Positions 56,897 through 64,000 of a DNA stretch of 64,000 bases are shown here, piece after piece (the stretch's first letter is position 1; every line of letters begins with the position of its first letter). The stretch is taken from the UHGV virus genome UHGV-1383976, one strand, 5' to 3'. Source of the stretch: a virus. The notes beneath the pieces were generated by a model. The model had not been told where the DNA came from and did not search any database. It saw nothing but the letters and a program-made list of their open reading frames with translations. Both the position numbers and the translations under genes were made by a program.

Positions 56897-57209
56897 ATCG
56901 CATTATTTGTTCAAAAGATTCAGTATGCCCACATTCATTACAAGTGTAATAATATGTTGTACTCATTGCTGACTTTGCCGCGGCTGTAAATTCATAAGTG
57001 CCGCCACATTCACAAATCCCTTCGTTCCATCGTTCTGCTTGTCCCTCGTTTTGATGACAAAGTGCAAGAGAGATTCCAAGAGCAAGCGCAAGAGCAAGAA
57101 TTATACTAAGAATTTTCCCTATAATAGTATTACAATTTAAAACCATAATTGGGGCAATACAAATAAAGAGAAGCCCCCAAAGAATATAAAAGTAGATACT
57201 TTGAAACAT
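56895..57209 (-). CDS. membrane protein with C-terminal zinc ribbon
   Basis: 2 TM + CECGG...CNECGH. Confidence 0.45.
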   Translation of the reverse strand: MFQSIYFYILWGLLFICIAPIMVLNCNTIIGKILSIILALALALGISLALCHQNEGQAERWNEGICECGGTYEFTAAAKSAMSTTYYYTCNECGHTESFEQIMR

Positions 57210-57244
57210 TGAATCAATTCCTTTCTTAATTTTGTAATTGGATT

Positions 57245-57299
57245 ATAACATAAAATTGCGCGCTTGTCAATCCCCCCCTTTAGACTACATTAGTCTAAA
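57245..57299 (-). promoter_or_regulatory. palindrome (57279–57299) + promoter
   Basis: as above. Confidence 0.55.
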
Positions 57300-57316
57300 A
57301 AGAAAAAGAGGAAGTT

Positions 57317-57520
57317 TTATTCTTCCTCGTCAAAAATACATTCAGCAATAATTTGATGGTAATACCTCATTTTGGATTGCCAAGTGAAATATAAATCACT
57401 AATGCGTTGAAGCTCTTTACTATCTTCTTCATCTAAAATATTTTTTCGTGCGCGGTGTAAATCAGCCGAAAGAGAAAGCAAATCATCTGCAATTTTTTCT
57501 ATGCGTTCAGAATATTTCAT
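57317..57520 (-). CDS. small early protein
   Basis: RBS aaaaggaag. Confidence 0.45.
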   Translation of the reverse strand: MKYSERIEKIADDLLSLSADLHRARKNILDEEDSKELQRISDLYFTWQSKMRYYHQIIAECIFDEEE

Positions 57521-57554
57521 TATTTTAATACTTCCTTTTCTTATTGTGCCTAAA

Positions 57555-57610
57555 GTATATCATAAATCAAAAAAAATGTCAAGTCTTATTTTAGACTAAC
57601 TTAGTCTAAA
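57555..57610 (-). promoter_or_regulatory. palindrome (57588–57610) + promoter
   Basis: as above. Confidence 0.55.
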
Positions 57611-57619
57611 ACCCGAAAC

Positions 57620-57641
57620 GGAAAAGTCAATTTGACTTTCC
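57620..57641 (-). terminator. terminator hairpin ggaaaagtcaa/ttgactttcc
   Basis: hairpin + T-run. Confidence 0.5.
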
Positions 57642-58094
57642 CAAAATTTTCAGAATTTCTAACATTTCCTTTTCACTGAATGAATTTTCTCCCCATTCTT
57701 CACGATTGCGCGCTTCATCATCGAAAAGAATTGCATTTTCGTCATAGAATGAACATACAGTTGACTTCGGTGTTCCATAAGGAACAACACAAATTTCATC
57801 AAAGTGAACACTTTTCAAATGGACAGAAAGCCATTTCTTTTTTGCCGTCTCAATTTCTGCAAGGTATGCCGCGCTTGCTGTCTTGCTTCCCCAAGAAACA
57901 ATACAAAGTTTATATCCCATCTTCTTCAATTTGTTCAACTGTCGCGCGAGTATGCGCATATTGCCGAGTGGGTCTGCGTGCAGATAAGGGCCGACTAATT
58001 TCATTTGCAAATTGTCAAGCCAATTAGGGAACGAATAAAAATCAACTATTGTACCATCCATATCGAAATAAAGTGCAGGCTTGCGATTATACAT
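57627..58094 (-). CDS. HAD-family 5'(3')-deoxyribonucleotidase (NT5C / T5 Dmp-like)
   Basis: N-terminal FDMDGTIVDF HAD motif I. Confidence 0.65.
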   Translation of the reverse strand: MYNRKPALYFDMDGTIVDFYSFPNWLDNLQMKLVGPYLHADPLGNMRILARQLNKLKKMGYKLCIVSWGSKTASAAYLAEIETAKKKWLSVHLKSVHFDEICVVPYGTPKSTVCSFYDENAILFDDEARNREEWGENSFSEKEMLEILKILGKSN

Positions 58095-58129
58095 AAAACA
58101 TAATTTCCTTTCTTATTTTGTAAAATAAG

Positions 58130-58195
58130 TATAACATAATTATGCGGTTTTGTCAAGTTGCTTTTGCTTGTGATTTTAGACTATCTTAGTCTAAA
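58130..58195 (-). promoter_or_regulatory. palindrome (58175–58195) + promoter
   Basis: as above. Confidence 0.55.
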
Positions 58196-58211
58196 TTTAT
58201 TCAAAAAAAAT

Positions 58212-58228
58212 GGGCGGATTCCCCGCCC
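58212..58228 (-). terminator. terminator gggcgg attcc ccgccc + T8
   Basis: hairpin + T-run on the minus strand. Confidence 0.6.
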
Positions 58229-58253
58229 GATTTTCATTTTTATTTTTCCTTTC

Positions 58254-58526
58254 TTAAATTTCTACAGAAACTTTTTCATATCCATCGGCGTCGAAATCAT
58301 CCCATGCGACGTCTTCCATTTCTTTCATAAAGTCAGCGCGAACGCCTTTCTTTTCGTCTTCACTCATGTAAAACAAGCAAAGATGAGAATAATTTTCAAA
58401 AAGCCAATCGCTAAAATTATCGTCGCTTACCGTGTTAGGGTAGTATTCATTTTCTATGGTTTCTTGCGCTTGCTTTTCATTGAGAATTATACCTTTCTCC
58501 CAATTCACATAAAGATTAGCTAACAT
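58254..58526 (-). CDS. small acidic early protein
   Basis: RBS + ATG. Confidence 0.45.
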   Translation of the reverse strand: MLANLYVNWEKGIILNEKQAQETIENEYYPNTVSDDNFSDWLFENYSHLCLFYMSEDEKKGVRADFMKEMEDVAWDDFDADGYEKVSVEI

Positions 58527-58564
58527 TTTATCAATTCCTTTCTTGTTTTCTGTGTCTATTATAC

Positions 58565-58623
58565 TATATGATTTTTAGTTTGTCAATAAGTTTTTCTTTC
58601 TGTTTTAGACTAAAGTAGTCTAA
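58565..58623 (-). promoter_or_regulatory. palindrome (58604–58623) + promoter
   Basis: as above. Confidence 0.55.
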
Positions 58624-58683
58624 TTTTATAAAAAATCTAAAAGGCGGGAGTCCGTCCTTTAGTTTTAAGTTTATTAAAATTTC

Positions 58684-58830
58684 TTAAATTCTTTTTAGCA
58701 AATGCCAAGAACCAATACGGAAAACTACGCGATAAATGCGGCGTCCAATGCGAACCCATTCGTTTCTTCGGAATTTATTGTTTAATGCTCCACCGAAATC
58801 CCAACCGCAGTAACCGAAAATTTCATTCAT
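58684..58830 (-). CDS. small basic early protein (48 aa; not in ORF track)
   Basis: hand-translated MNEIFGYCGWDFGG...; own promoter TTGACA-17-TATAAT + RBS aaaggaag. Confidence 0.35.
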   Translation of the reverse strand: MNEIFGYCGWDFGGALNNKFRRNEWVRIGRRIYRVVFRIGSWHLLKRI

Positions 58831-58864
58831 TGCGTTCACTTCCTTTTCTTGATTACATTATATC

Positions 58865-58920
58865 ACATTTTTAGAGAATGTCAATAATTATTTTTTGATA
58901 TATTAGACTAACTTAGTCTA
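58865..58920 (-). promoter_or_regulatory. palindrome (58902–58920) + promoter
   Basis: as above. Confidence 0.55.
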
Positions 58921-58944
58921 AATTTTTAAAAAAGGGAAGATTTT

Positions 58945-59250
58945 TTAATCTCCCCTTTTATCATAACGGAGCACAAGTTCAAAATCATCATAACTGTCTA
59001 TATAGTGTGCAGTTTGTGGTTCAATTCCAAAGTCCTCGCATACATCCACGGCGGGGGTATCTTCAAAATAATAACAGGTGTCGTGGAAGCTGCTAGTTAT
59101 ATCAATAACAGGAAGTTTATTATTCTCGCCAACTTGACTACCAACAATAAGAAATTTCGGCTCACCTGTTTCATTGCTTCCATGAATTGCATAAAGATTT
59201 TTTATTCCAGTCCGTCCATTTATTACTTTATTAACTTCAAATCTAACCAT
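58945..59250 (-). CDS. small early protein
   Basis: RBS aaaaggaga. Confidence 0.45.
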   Translation of the reverse strand: MVRFEVNKVINGRTGIKNLYAIHGSNETGEPKFLIVGSQVGENNKLPVIDITSSFHDTCYYFEDTPAVDVCEDFGIEPQTAHYIDSYDDFELVLRYDKRGD

Positions 59251-59284
59251 TTTCAAATCTCCTTTTCGTTTTGTGAGTATATAA

Positions 59285-59346
59285 TATCATATATTGTATA
59301 GTTTGTCAATAGAATTTTCAGAAATTTTTAGACTAACTTAGTCTAA
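59285..59346 (-). promoter_or_regulatory. palindrome (59327–59346) + promoter
   Basis: as above. Confidence 0.55.
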
Positions 59347-59364
59347 CTTTCCCCCTAAAAAAAG

Positions 59365-59385
59365 AAATGGGATTATCTCCCATTT
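59365..59385 (-). terminator. terminator aaatggga ttatc tcccattt
   Basis: 8-bp stem + T-run. Confidence 0.55.
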
Positions 59386-59394
59386 CTCTTCGGT

Positions 59395-59766
59395 TTACTT
59401 CTCAACGAAATAAACCTTGCGCTTGCCCACCTTCGGGAACTTGCGCTCTTCCACGCTGATAAGGCCGTCCTTCACAAGTCCACGCGCAATCGCGCCCGCC
59501 TTGTTGTGCGTGACTTCAAGAGCTTCGCCGAGTTCGGTTTCCGTCAGACCGTCACAGCCATCAGCCGACAGTGCTTCGATAATGCCCGCGCGGATAGGCG
59601 CGTTCTCAGTTGCGGACTTCTCGGCGGCCTTGCTCTTGCGCGTATCGTTCCGGCGGTCGAGACTTGCGAGAGCTTCCACGCAATATGCGTTCAGCTCGTC
59701 AGTCAGGTCGTACTTCTCCATCATGGTGGTGTAGAATTCGCGTGCAGTCATCTTCTTGTCGTTCAT
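59395..59766 (-). CDS. GC-rich winged-helix-like protein (paralog of 49386..49760)
   Basis: marked GC excess vs neighbours; aligns with 49386 protein. Confidence 0.5.
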   Translation of the reverse strand: MNDKKMTAREFYTTMMEKYDLTDELNAYCVEALASLDRRNDTRKSKAAEKSATENAPIRAGIIEALSADGCDGLTETELGEALEVTHNKAGAIARGLVKDGLISVEERKFPKVGKRKVYFVEK

Positions 59767-59839
59767 GGTATTTCCTTTCTTAATGGCGCTAAGGTCGCCG
59801 CCCTTATTAGTGAGGGACTTTATCTCCCCTTCACGATTA

Positions 59840-59907
59840 TTATTATATCACAATATCGCGGAAAGTCAACAATTATTTTTCTGGGATTTAGACTAACTTA
59901 GTCTAAA
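59840..59907 (-). promoter_or_regulatory. palindrome (59887–59907) + promoter
   Basis: as above. Confidence 0.55.
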
Positions 59908-59922
59908 TTTTATACAAAAAAG

Positions 59923-59938
59923 AGCGGGTTCCCCGCTC
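59923..59938 (-). terminator. terminator gagcggg ttcc ccgctc
   Basis: hairpin + T-run. Confidence 0.55.
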
Positions 59939-60158
59939 ATTCTTCGATTATAAGTTTATGTTTTACTTCGCAACATATTTCATTGTTATCGACAAAAAAC
60001 AGTTCTCCATTGTCAAGATACATAGCATTGCCTTCATCTGTTGTATCAGTTTTTATGAAAAATTCATTAGGATCGATTTTCTTTACAAGAACAGTCCCGC
60101 GCGGAAAGTAGTCAAATGTTTTATTCTTCTTTTCATTGCGCAAATCTTCAATTATCAT
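59937..60158 (-). CDS. small early protein
   Basis: RBS gaaggaga. Confidence 0.45.
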   Translation of the reverse strand: MIIEDLRNEKKNKTFDYFPRGTVLVKKIDPNEFFIKTDTTDEGNAMYLDNGELFFVDNNEICCEVKHKLIIEE

Positions 60159-60199
60159 TTTTTTATTCTCCTTCAAAAATTTATTTATTTTTTACTGTG

Positions 60200-60271
60200 C
60201 TTATATAATATCATATATAATGTAATTTGTCAATAAAATTTTCAGAAATTTTTAGACTAACTTAGTCTAAA
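60200..60271 (-). promoter_or_regulatory. palindrome (60251–60271) + promoter
   Basis: as above. Confidence 0.55.
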
Positions 60272-60297
60272 ATTCCAGAAAAACCAAAAGGTGGAAA

Positions 60298-60687
60298 TTA
60301 CTTTCCACCAATTGGGCACACGGTTAAGCCGTGTTCTTTAAGGTATTGAATTGCTTTTTCTCCGTCATGGTATTCAAGAATTTGTTGAATTGATGGATGT
60401 GCTTCATCATATTCATTAACTACTACAATATCAATTTCGGGATTTTTCTTTTCTGTTGCAATAGGAAGAAGGCTATCATAATAGCCAAAACGTCGAAGAC
60501 CTTTTCTATTAGTTTCTACCGCAACATCGTTTGTCAAACAGTTATGATGTGCCCATTCGAGCAAATCCCAACTACCGTATTTTATAGATTCTTCTGGAAT
60601 TTCATCGGCAAGTTGGAAATTCGTGCGGCGATTGCACAAAATTTCTTTATTGTAAAAGATAGTTATAAACCGGTAGAACGCTTTCAT
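60298..60687 (-). CDS. hypothetical early protein
   Basis: RBS ggaaaggaag; second gene of a two-gene unit. Confidence 0.45.
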   Translation of the reverse strand: MKAFYRFITIFYNKEILCNRRTNFQLADEIPEESIKYGSWDLLEWAHHNCLTNDVAVETNRKGLRRFGYYDSLLPIATEKKNPEIDIVVVNEYDEAHPSIQQILEYHDGEKAIQYLKEHGLTVCPIGGK

Positions 60688-60905
60688 TTCGTTGCTTCCT
60701 TTCCAATGCCAAATATAAGCTTTACAAGCCACAAAACAAGCCACATCAAAAATGCGGTTTTGGCGCTGAAGGCGAACGCGATAACGCCCAGCTTAGTGAG
60801 CGCCCACCACAGCACCCAAATAAGCCCCAAGGTGATACCTGCGCTAATTGCAGACAAAAGCGTAACAATGAGAATTCCAAGAATTACAGCAATCGTTTTA
60901 TTCAT
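60684..60905 (-). CDS. small membrane protein (2–3 TM)
   Basis: hydrophobic; RBS ggaaaggaa. Confidence 0.4.
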   Translation of the reverse strand: MNKTIAVILGILIVTLLSAISAGITLGLIWVLWWALTKLGVIAFAFSAKTAFLMWLVLWLVKLIFGIGKEATK

Positions 60906-60939
60906 TTTATTAATTCCTTTCCGGTTTTGTGAGTCAAGT

Positions 60940-61002
60940 ATAACACATAAATTTTGGTTTGTCAATAGATTTTGGAAGAAAGGTTAGACTAAGGTAGTCT
61001 AA
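60940..61002 (-). promoter_or_regulatory. palindrome (60984–61002) + promoter
   Basis: as above. Confidence 0.55.
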
Positions 61003-61020
61003 ATTTTGAGCGGGAACTTT

Positions 61021-61332
61021 TCAGTTCCCTTTGTTCCAATCTTCAGAAATGCGATCAAAGACTTCTTCAGACGTAAGCCAACCCTCAACAGAATCGCCAT
61101 TGCGAGTCAGGCCCATTATTTCGAGAAGCCCTTCTTCATGCCCATAACTGCCGCTATGGCAAACTGCGTCACAAATCAATTCATCTCCGTGGCCGTAATA
61201 CCGCACAGAGGGCATCCCCCAAATATATTCTATTCGATAGGGAATTTTTGCCTCTTGCAGAAACCACTCAAGCTTGCCCATTTCAATATATTCTATTTCA
61301 ATTCCATACGAGTCCTTCTTTATTAATTCCAT
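61021..61332 (-). CDS. small early protein (Cys/His-rich)
   Basis: RBS aaaaggaga. Confidence 0.45.
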   Translation of the reverse strand: MELIKKDSYGIEIEYIEMGKLEWFLQEAKIPYRIEYIWGMPSVRYYGHGDELICDAVCHSGSYGHEEGLLEIMGLTRNGDSVEGWLTSEEVFDRISEDWNKGN

Positions 61333-61374
61333 TTTTGAAAATCTCCTTTTCTTATTGTATTTATATAATATCAC

Positions 61375-61431
61375 AAAATTTTTCGTAAATCAACCCACAA
61401 AAATTTCCAATTTAGACTAAGATAGTCTAAA
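61375..61431 (-). promoter_or_regulatory. palindrome (61411–61431) + promoter
   Basis: as above. Confidence 0.55.
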
Positions 61432-61460
61432 AACTCTGAAAAAGTTTGAGCTTCATCGGC

Positions 61461-61640
61461 TCAAACAAATTCTGCAAAAGAGCGTTCCACAGCTCCTGCA
61501 TCTTCACGGCAGCACTCAATCCTTATCAGGTTATCGCCTAGGTGCTCTACAAAGCAGGGGATGTTAGCTTCCAGCAGATTCATTGCTCGAATAAATTCGG
61601 GCGCGTTCGCATCTTCAACATAAATTTCCTTTATATACAT
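61461..61640 (-). CDS. small early protein (59 aa; not in ORF track)
   Basis: hand-translated MYIKEIYVEDANAPEF...; RBS agaaaggaa; terminator gtttgagc/gctcaaac. Confidence 0.35.
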   Translation of the reverse strand: MYIKEIYVEDANAPEFIRAMNLLEANIPCFVEHLGDNLIRIECCREDAGAVERSFAEFV

Positions 61641-61679
61641 TTGGTAATCAATTCCTTTCTCTCAATTTCTGTATTCATT

Positions 61680-61744
61680 ATATCACAAATTTTCTATAAT
61701 GTCAAATCCATTTTCTTTCCAATTTAGACTATGATAGTCTAAAA
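61680..61744 (-). promoter_or_regulatory. palindrome (61723–61744) + promoter
   Basis: as above. Confidence 0.55.
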
Positions 61745-61783
61745 CAAAATTTTTGTAAAAAAATGAGCGGGAGTCAATCCCGC

Positions 61784-62065
61784 TCAATTCCAGCCGCGCA
61801 TTTTCCAGCACAGAGCATTGCCCGGCTGCCCGTAGCAGATGTTCGGATGCAGGATAACCTCGCCTTCGAGGATTCCGAGCTTTTCGTAGAATTCCTCAAT
61901 CAGCACATCGGTAGCCTCAATGCGCGCCTGCTCCAGCGTGTCGGCTGATGGAGCTTCCAGCTCTCCCCAGCTAATAAGGATACTATTCACAATCGGCGGC
62001 AGGCGGTGAGCGTTCGCGGCAACGTAGGCGCAGAGTTCGTTGTAGTTTATGGCGGTAGTAGTCAT
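61784..62065 (-). CDS. hypothetical protein (GC-rich)
   Basis: ORF; RBS. Confidence 0.45.
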   Translation of the reverse strand: MTTTAINYNELCAYVAANAHRLPPIVNSILISWGELEAPSADTLEQARIEATDVLIEEFYEKLGILEGEVILHPNICYGQPGNALCWKMRGWN

Positions 62066-62099
62066 TGGAAAATCCCCTTTTCAAGTATGCCTAATTCTA

Positions 62100-62160
62100 C
62101 CACACATTTGCGGAAAGGTCAATGGCAGAAAATTTCCAATTTAGACTATCATAGTCTAAA
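62100..62160 (-). promoter_or_regulatory. palindrome (62140–62160) + promoter (last copy)
   Basis: as above. Confidence 0.55.
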
Positions 62161-62209
62161 TCGCTAGTTTGTGAAATAACTAACGAACTTTTCCAAGAAA
62201 AAGGAACGG

Positions 62210-62542
62210 TCAAATGACCGCTCCGATTTTCCCCATTTTCTGCCATTTTGTAATTGTTTTCCAGTTTTCTGACGCTTGCCGCACAAGCGATAAAGGCGCG
62301 TTTTTGTCGTGCGCGCTGTATATGTCATTGATTTGTTTGACTGTCGCAGGATAGAACGTTATCAAAATACCGCGTTTCCCGCGCACAAACACTATTGCGC
62401 GGTCGGTAATGTCAACAGTTGCGCGGCGTTCGCTGTCATAGAATGATTCATACGTCTGCCCGATACCAAGTTCAGATATGAGAAGCGCGCGGTCGGCACG
62501 CTCTGAACTAACGTGCCGACTTGCGCGCCGTGCTTTATACAT
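62210..62542 (-). CDS. hypothetical protein (GC-rich)
   Basis: ORF; terminator hairpin 62203–62226. Confidence 0.4.
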   Translation of the reverse strand: MYKARRASRHVSSERADRALLISELGIGQTYESFYDSERRATVDITDRAIVFVRGKRGILITFYPATVKQINDIYSAHDKNAPLSLVRQASENWKTITKWQKMGKIGAVI

Positions 62543-62626
62543 TGTGCGTTTGGTCGTAGAGCATACCGCCTATTAAGCCGACAGCTCCAAGGAAGGCAAG
62601 GATAGCGAAACCAAGTGTAAAGTACA

Positions 62627-62902
62627 TCATTCGCCCTCCTTCAGCATTTGGAACTTGTCATACAAGTCCCAGCTTACATACACGACCAGTTCAGGCCAAC
62701 GGGGGCTATCATAGCTCAAGCGGGCGCTCAAGCTTGCGACTGTTGCCGTGTCCAGCTCATCTTCAGACCACCAGCGGCCATATACGCTGTATCCGTCCTG
62801 CCCGTTGTGAGTCGCGTTTTCTAGCCGATAACCAGTCGTTGCTTCATACACGCAGATATGGTTATCCTGCTGGTTCAGGCTTTTTAACTGTCCAAGTGTC
62901 AT
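62627..62902 (-). CDS. hypothetical protein (GC-rich)
   Basis: ORF. Confidence 0.4.
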   Translation of the reverse strand: MTLGQLKSLNQQDNHICVYEATTGYRLENATHNGQDGYSVYGRWWSEDELDTATVASLSARLSYDSPRWPELVVYVSWDLYDKFQMLKEGE

Positions 62903-62960
62903 TTTAATGTTCTCCTTTCTAAAATTGGGCGGCTGATTAGAGCCGCCCTTGTTCTTCTTG

Positions 62961-63662
62961 TCAAACCGTCTCCGGCAAAGTCATTCCGTCAAATTCGCGG
63001 ATATCGTAGACAGCTTCCGGATTGTAAACATAGCCATAGTTTTCAGCGTACCATGCAAGGAACTTGTGCCATCCTTTATTGCTGGTCTGAATGGAGCGTT
63101 CTTCTTTCGGTCTGCCATGCTTGTCGAAGCCCGTCAGCGTTCTAATCTTGCCGAACTTCTCAAGCCCTGCAAGGAAAAACCACACAGGCATGAGAAGCGC
63201 AGGTGTATGAACTTCCGGAGCTATTCCGGTGAGCTTGGACGGCTTGCCCGTCCAATCAAGACGATAAACCACGAAACGCGGCTTCCCGTCATTCTTCTGA
63301 TATTGCAGGCCACGGTAAAGGCTTTCAACACGTCCGCCGCAGGTTTTGCACTCAAGCGGGCAGAAAACCTTCTGTCCGTCAATCATTACCTGCACAGTGT
63401 TATCCACGTAGCCGTCAAGCGCTACATCCATTTTCTGACTGCGTTCGCGCGTCATTTCAAGCTCAAAAGCGCGGCCACGCGCGCCACAGTTCACGCCTTC
63501 AGCAGGCGCAAGCCCTTCCGACTCTTCCCAGCGCTGAAGATAATAGTTAAGGTTCTTCGCGCGTTCAATCTGGTATTTGTTCATATGCAACTTCCTTTCT
63601 AAATTTGTTGTTTGTTCCCGCTCTGCGGCGTCCACTCCGCGCGGGCGATGTTCAATTTTCAA
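62961..63662 (-). CDS. hypothetical protein (GC-rich, 233 aa)
   Basis: ORF; promoter TTGACT-17-TATAAT at ~63700–63740 with half-site TTTAGACT. Confidence 0.45.
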   Translation of the reverse strand: MKIEHRPRGVDAAEREQTTNLERKLHMNKYQIERAKNLNYYLQRWEESEGLAPAEGVNCGARGRAFELEMTRERSQKMDVALDGYVDNTVQVMIDGQKVFCPLECKTCGGRVESLYRGLQYQKNDGKPRFVVYRLDWTGKPSKLTGIAPEVHTPALLMPVWFFLAGLEKFGKIRTLTGFDKHGRPKEERSIQTSNKGWHKFLAWYAENYGYVYNPEAVYDIREFDGMTLPETV

Positions 63663-63934
63663 AGTTCAATCTTTGCTTTGGGGCTTGTCTCTTGCCCCTT
63701 TGCAATTATGATTATAGCACTTTCCGCGCGAAAGTCAAGGATTTTTAGACTGAAAAATCACACAAGAAAACACTTATTTTTCGGCCCGTTTTTGTTCAAA
63801 ATGACGGACAAACTATTACCAAACTTTTACTAGAACTTTCCTAAAATTTACAAATGACAAATTGTGAAATATTTAACAAGCTGGGGCGCCCATATTTTGG
63901 TAAATGGGCTTCCAGTTTCTTCCAGTGGGTCGGG

Positions 63935-64000
63935 GCCTCCAAACAAATTTGCAAAAATTTCAAAATTCAAATTTGCAAAAATTTCAAAATTCAAATTTGC
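63935..64000. repeat. tandem direct repeat CAAATTTGCAAAAATTTCAAAATT (≥2.5 copies, continues past the window end)
   Basis: exact 26-nt period. Confidence 0.6.

Noticed and set aside
53446-62160. Regularly spaced identical palindromes could be mistaken for a CRISPR array
   Set aside because: The spacing is irregular (300–900 bp). The units are inverted repeats rather than direct repeats, and each is followed by a promoter, a gene and a terminator.
62545-62640. 31-aa hydrophobic ORF between 62542 and 62627 (minus strand)
   Set aside because: Too short and without a clear RBS or promoter of its own. It could be a real micro-membrane peptide, but evidence is insufficient.

Overview
This 64-kb window reads as a large, AT-rich (~38% GC) lytic phage genome segment, probably from a Firmicutes-type host, judged from the AAAGGAGG ribosome-binding sites and the sigma70-like promoters. 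None of the calls below could be checked with tools. Layout: (1) 0.3–7.1 kb, a minus-strand nucleic-acid-metabolism module: an SF1 (UvrD-like) helicase, a GIY-YIG nuclease, an ATP-dependent ligase, a P-loop kinase and RNase H. (2) 7.2–19.2 kb, early/middle genes interleaved with a cluster of ~17 tRNAs. The cluster contains a tRNA split in its anticodon loop by a nuclease ORF, two Dam-like MTase paralogs, an SPFH/prohibitin-like protein, a metallophosphatase, and two ORF-free GC-rich blocks of 550–700 nt that look like large structured RNAs. (3) A PhoH-like gene interrupted by a putative group I intron that carries a LAGLIDADG endonuclease. (4) 24.8–32.1 kb, six to seven tail-fibre/receptor-binding paralogs, followed by an endolysin (GH25 + amidase_2 + PG-binding + SH3) interrupted by a putative group I intron with an HNH endonuclease. 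(5) 35–51 kb, RtcB RNA ligase and a minimal nucleotidyltransferase, a third ~850-nt structured noncoding block flanked by tRNAs, and many small genes. These are driven by a highly conserved promoter, TTGAtTTTT-N17-TATAATATATATAGAAA, present in at least 15 copies. (6) 51.4–53.5 kb, a 2-kb noncoding region packed with several repeat families (candidate ori/pac/injection-stop region). (7) 53.5–62.2 kb, an array of ~20 monocistronic minus-strand early genes. Each has its own rho-independent terminator and a sigma70-like promoter, and each is preceded by the same 20-bp palindrome TTTAGACTAnnTAGTCTAAA. The array includes a DEDDh exonuclease, a Dmp-like 5'-deoxyribonucleotidase and a duplicated two-gene cassette. 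(8) 61.8–63.7 kb, a GC-rich island. The most interesting items are the candidate large ncRNAs embedded in tRNA clusters, the 20-copy palindromic operator regulon, the split tRNA and the intron-split genes.
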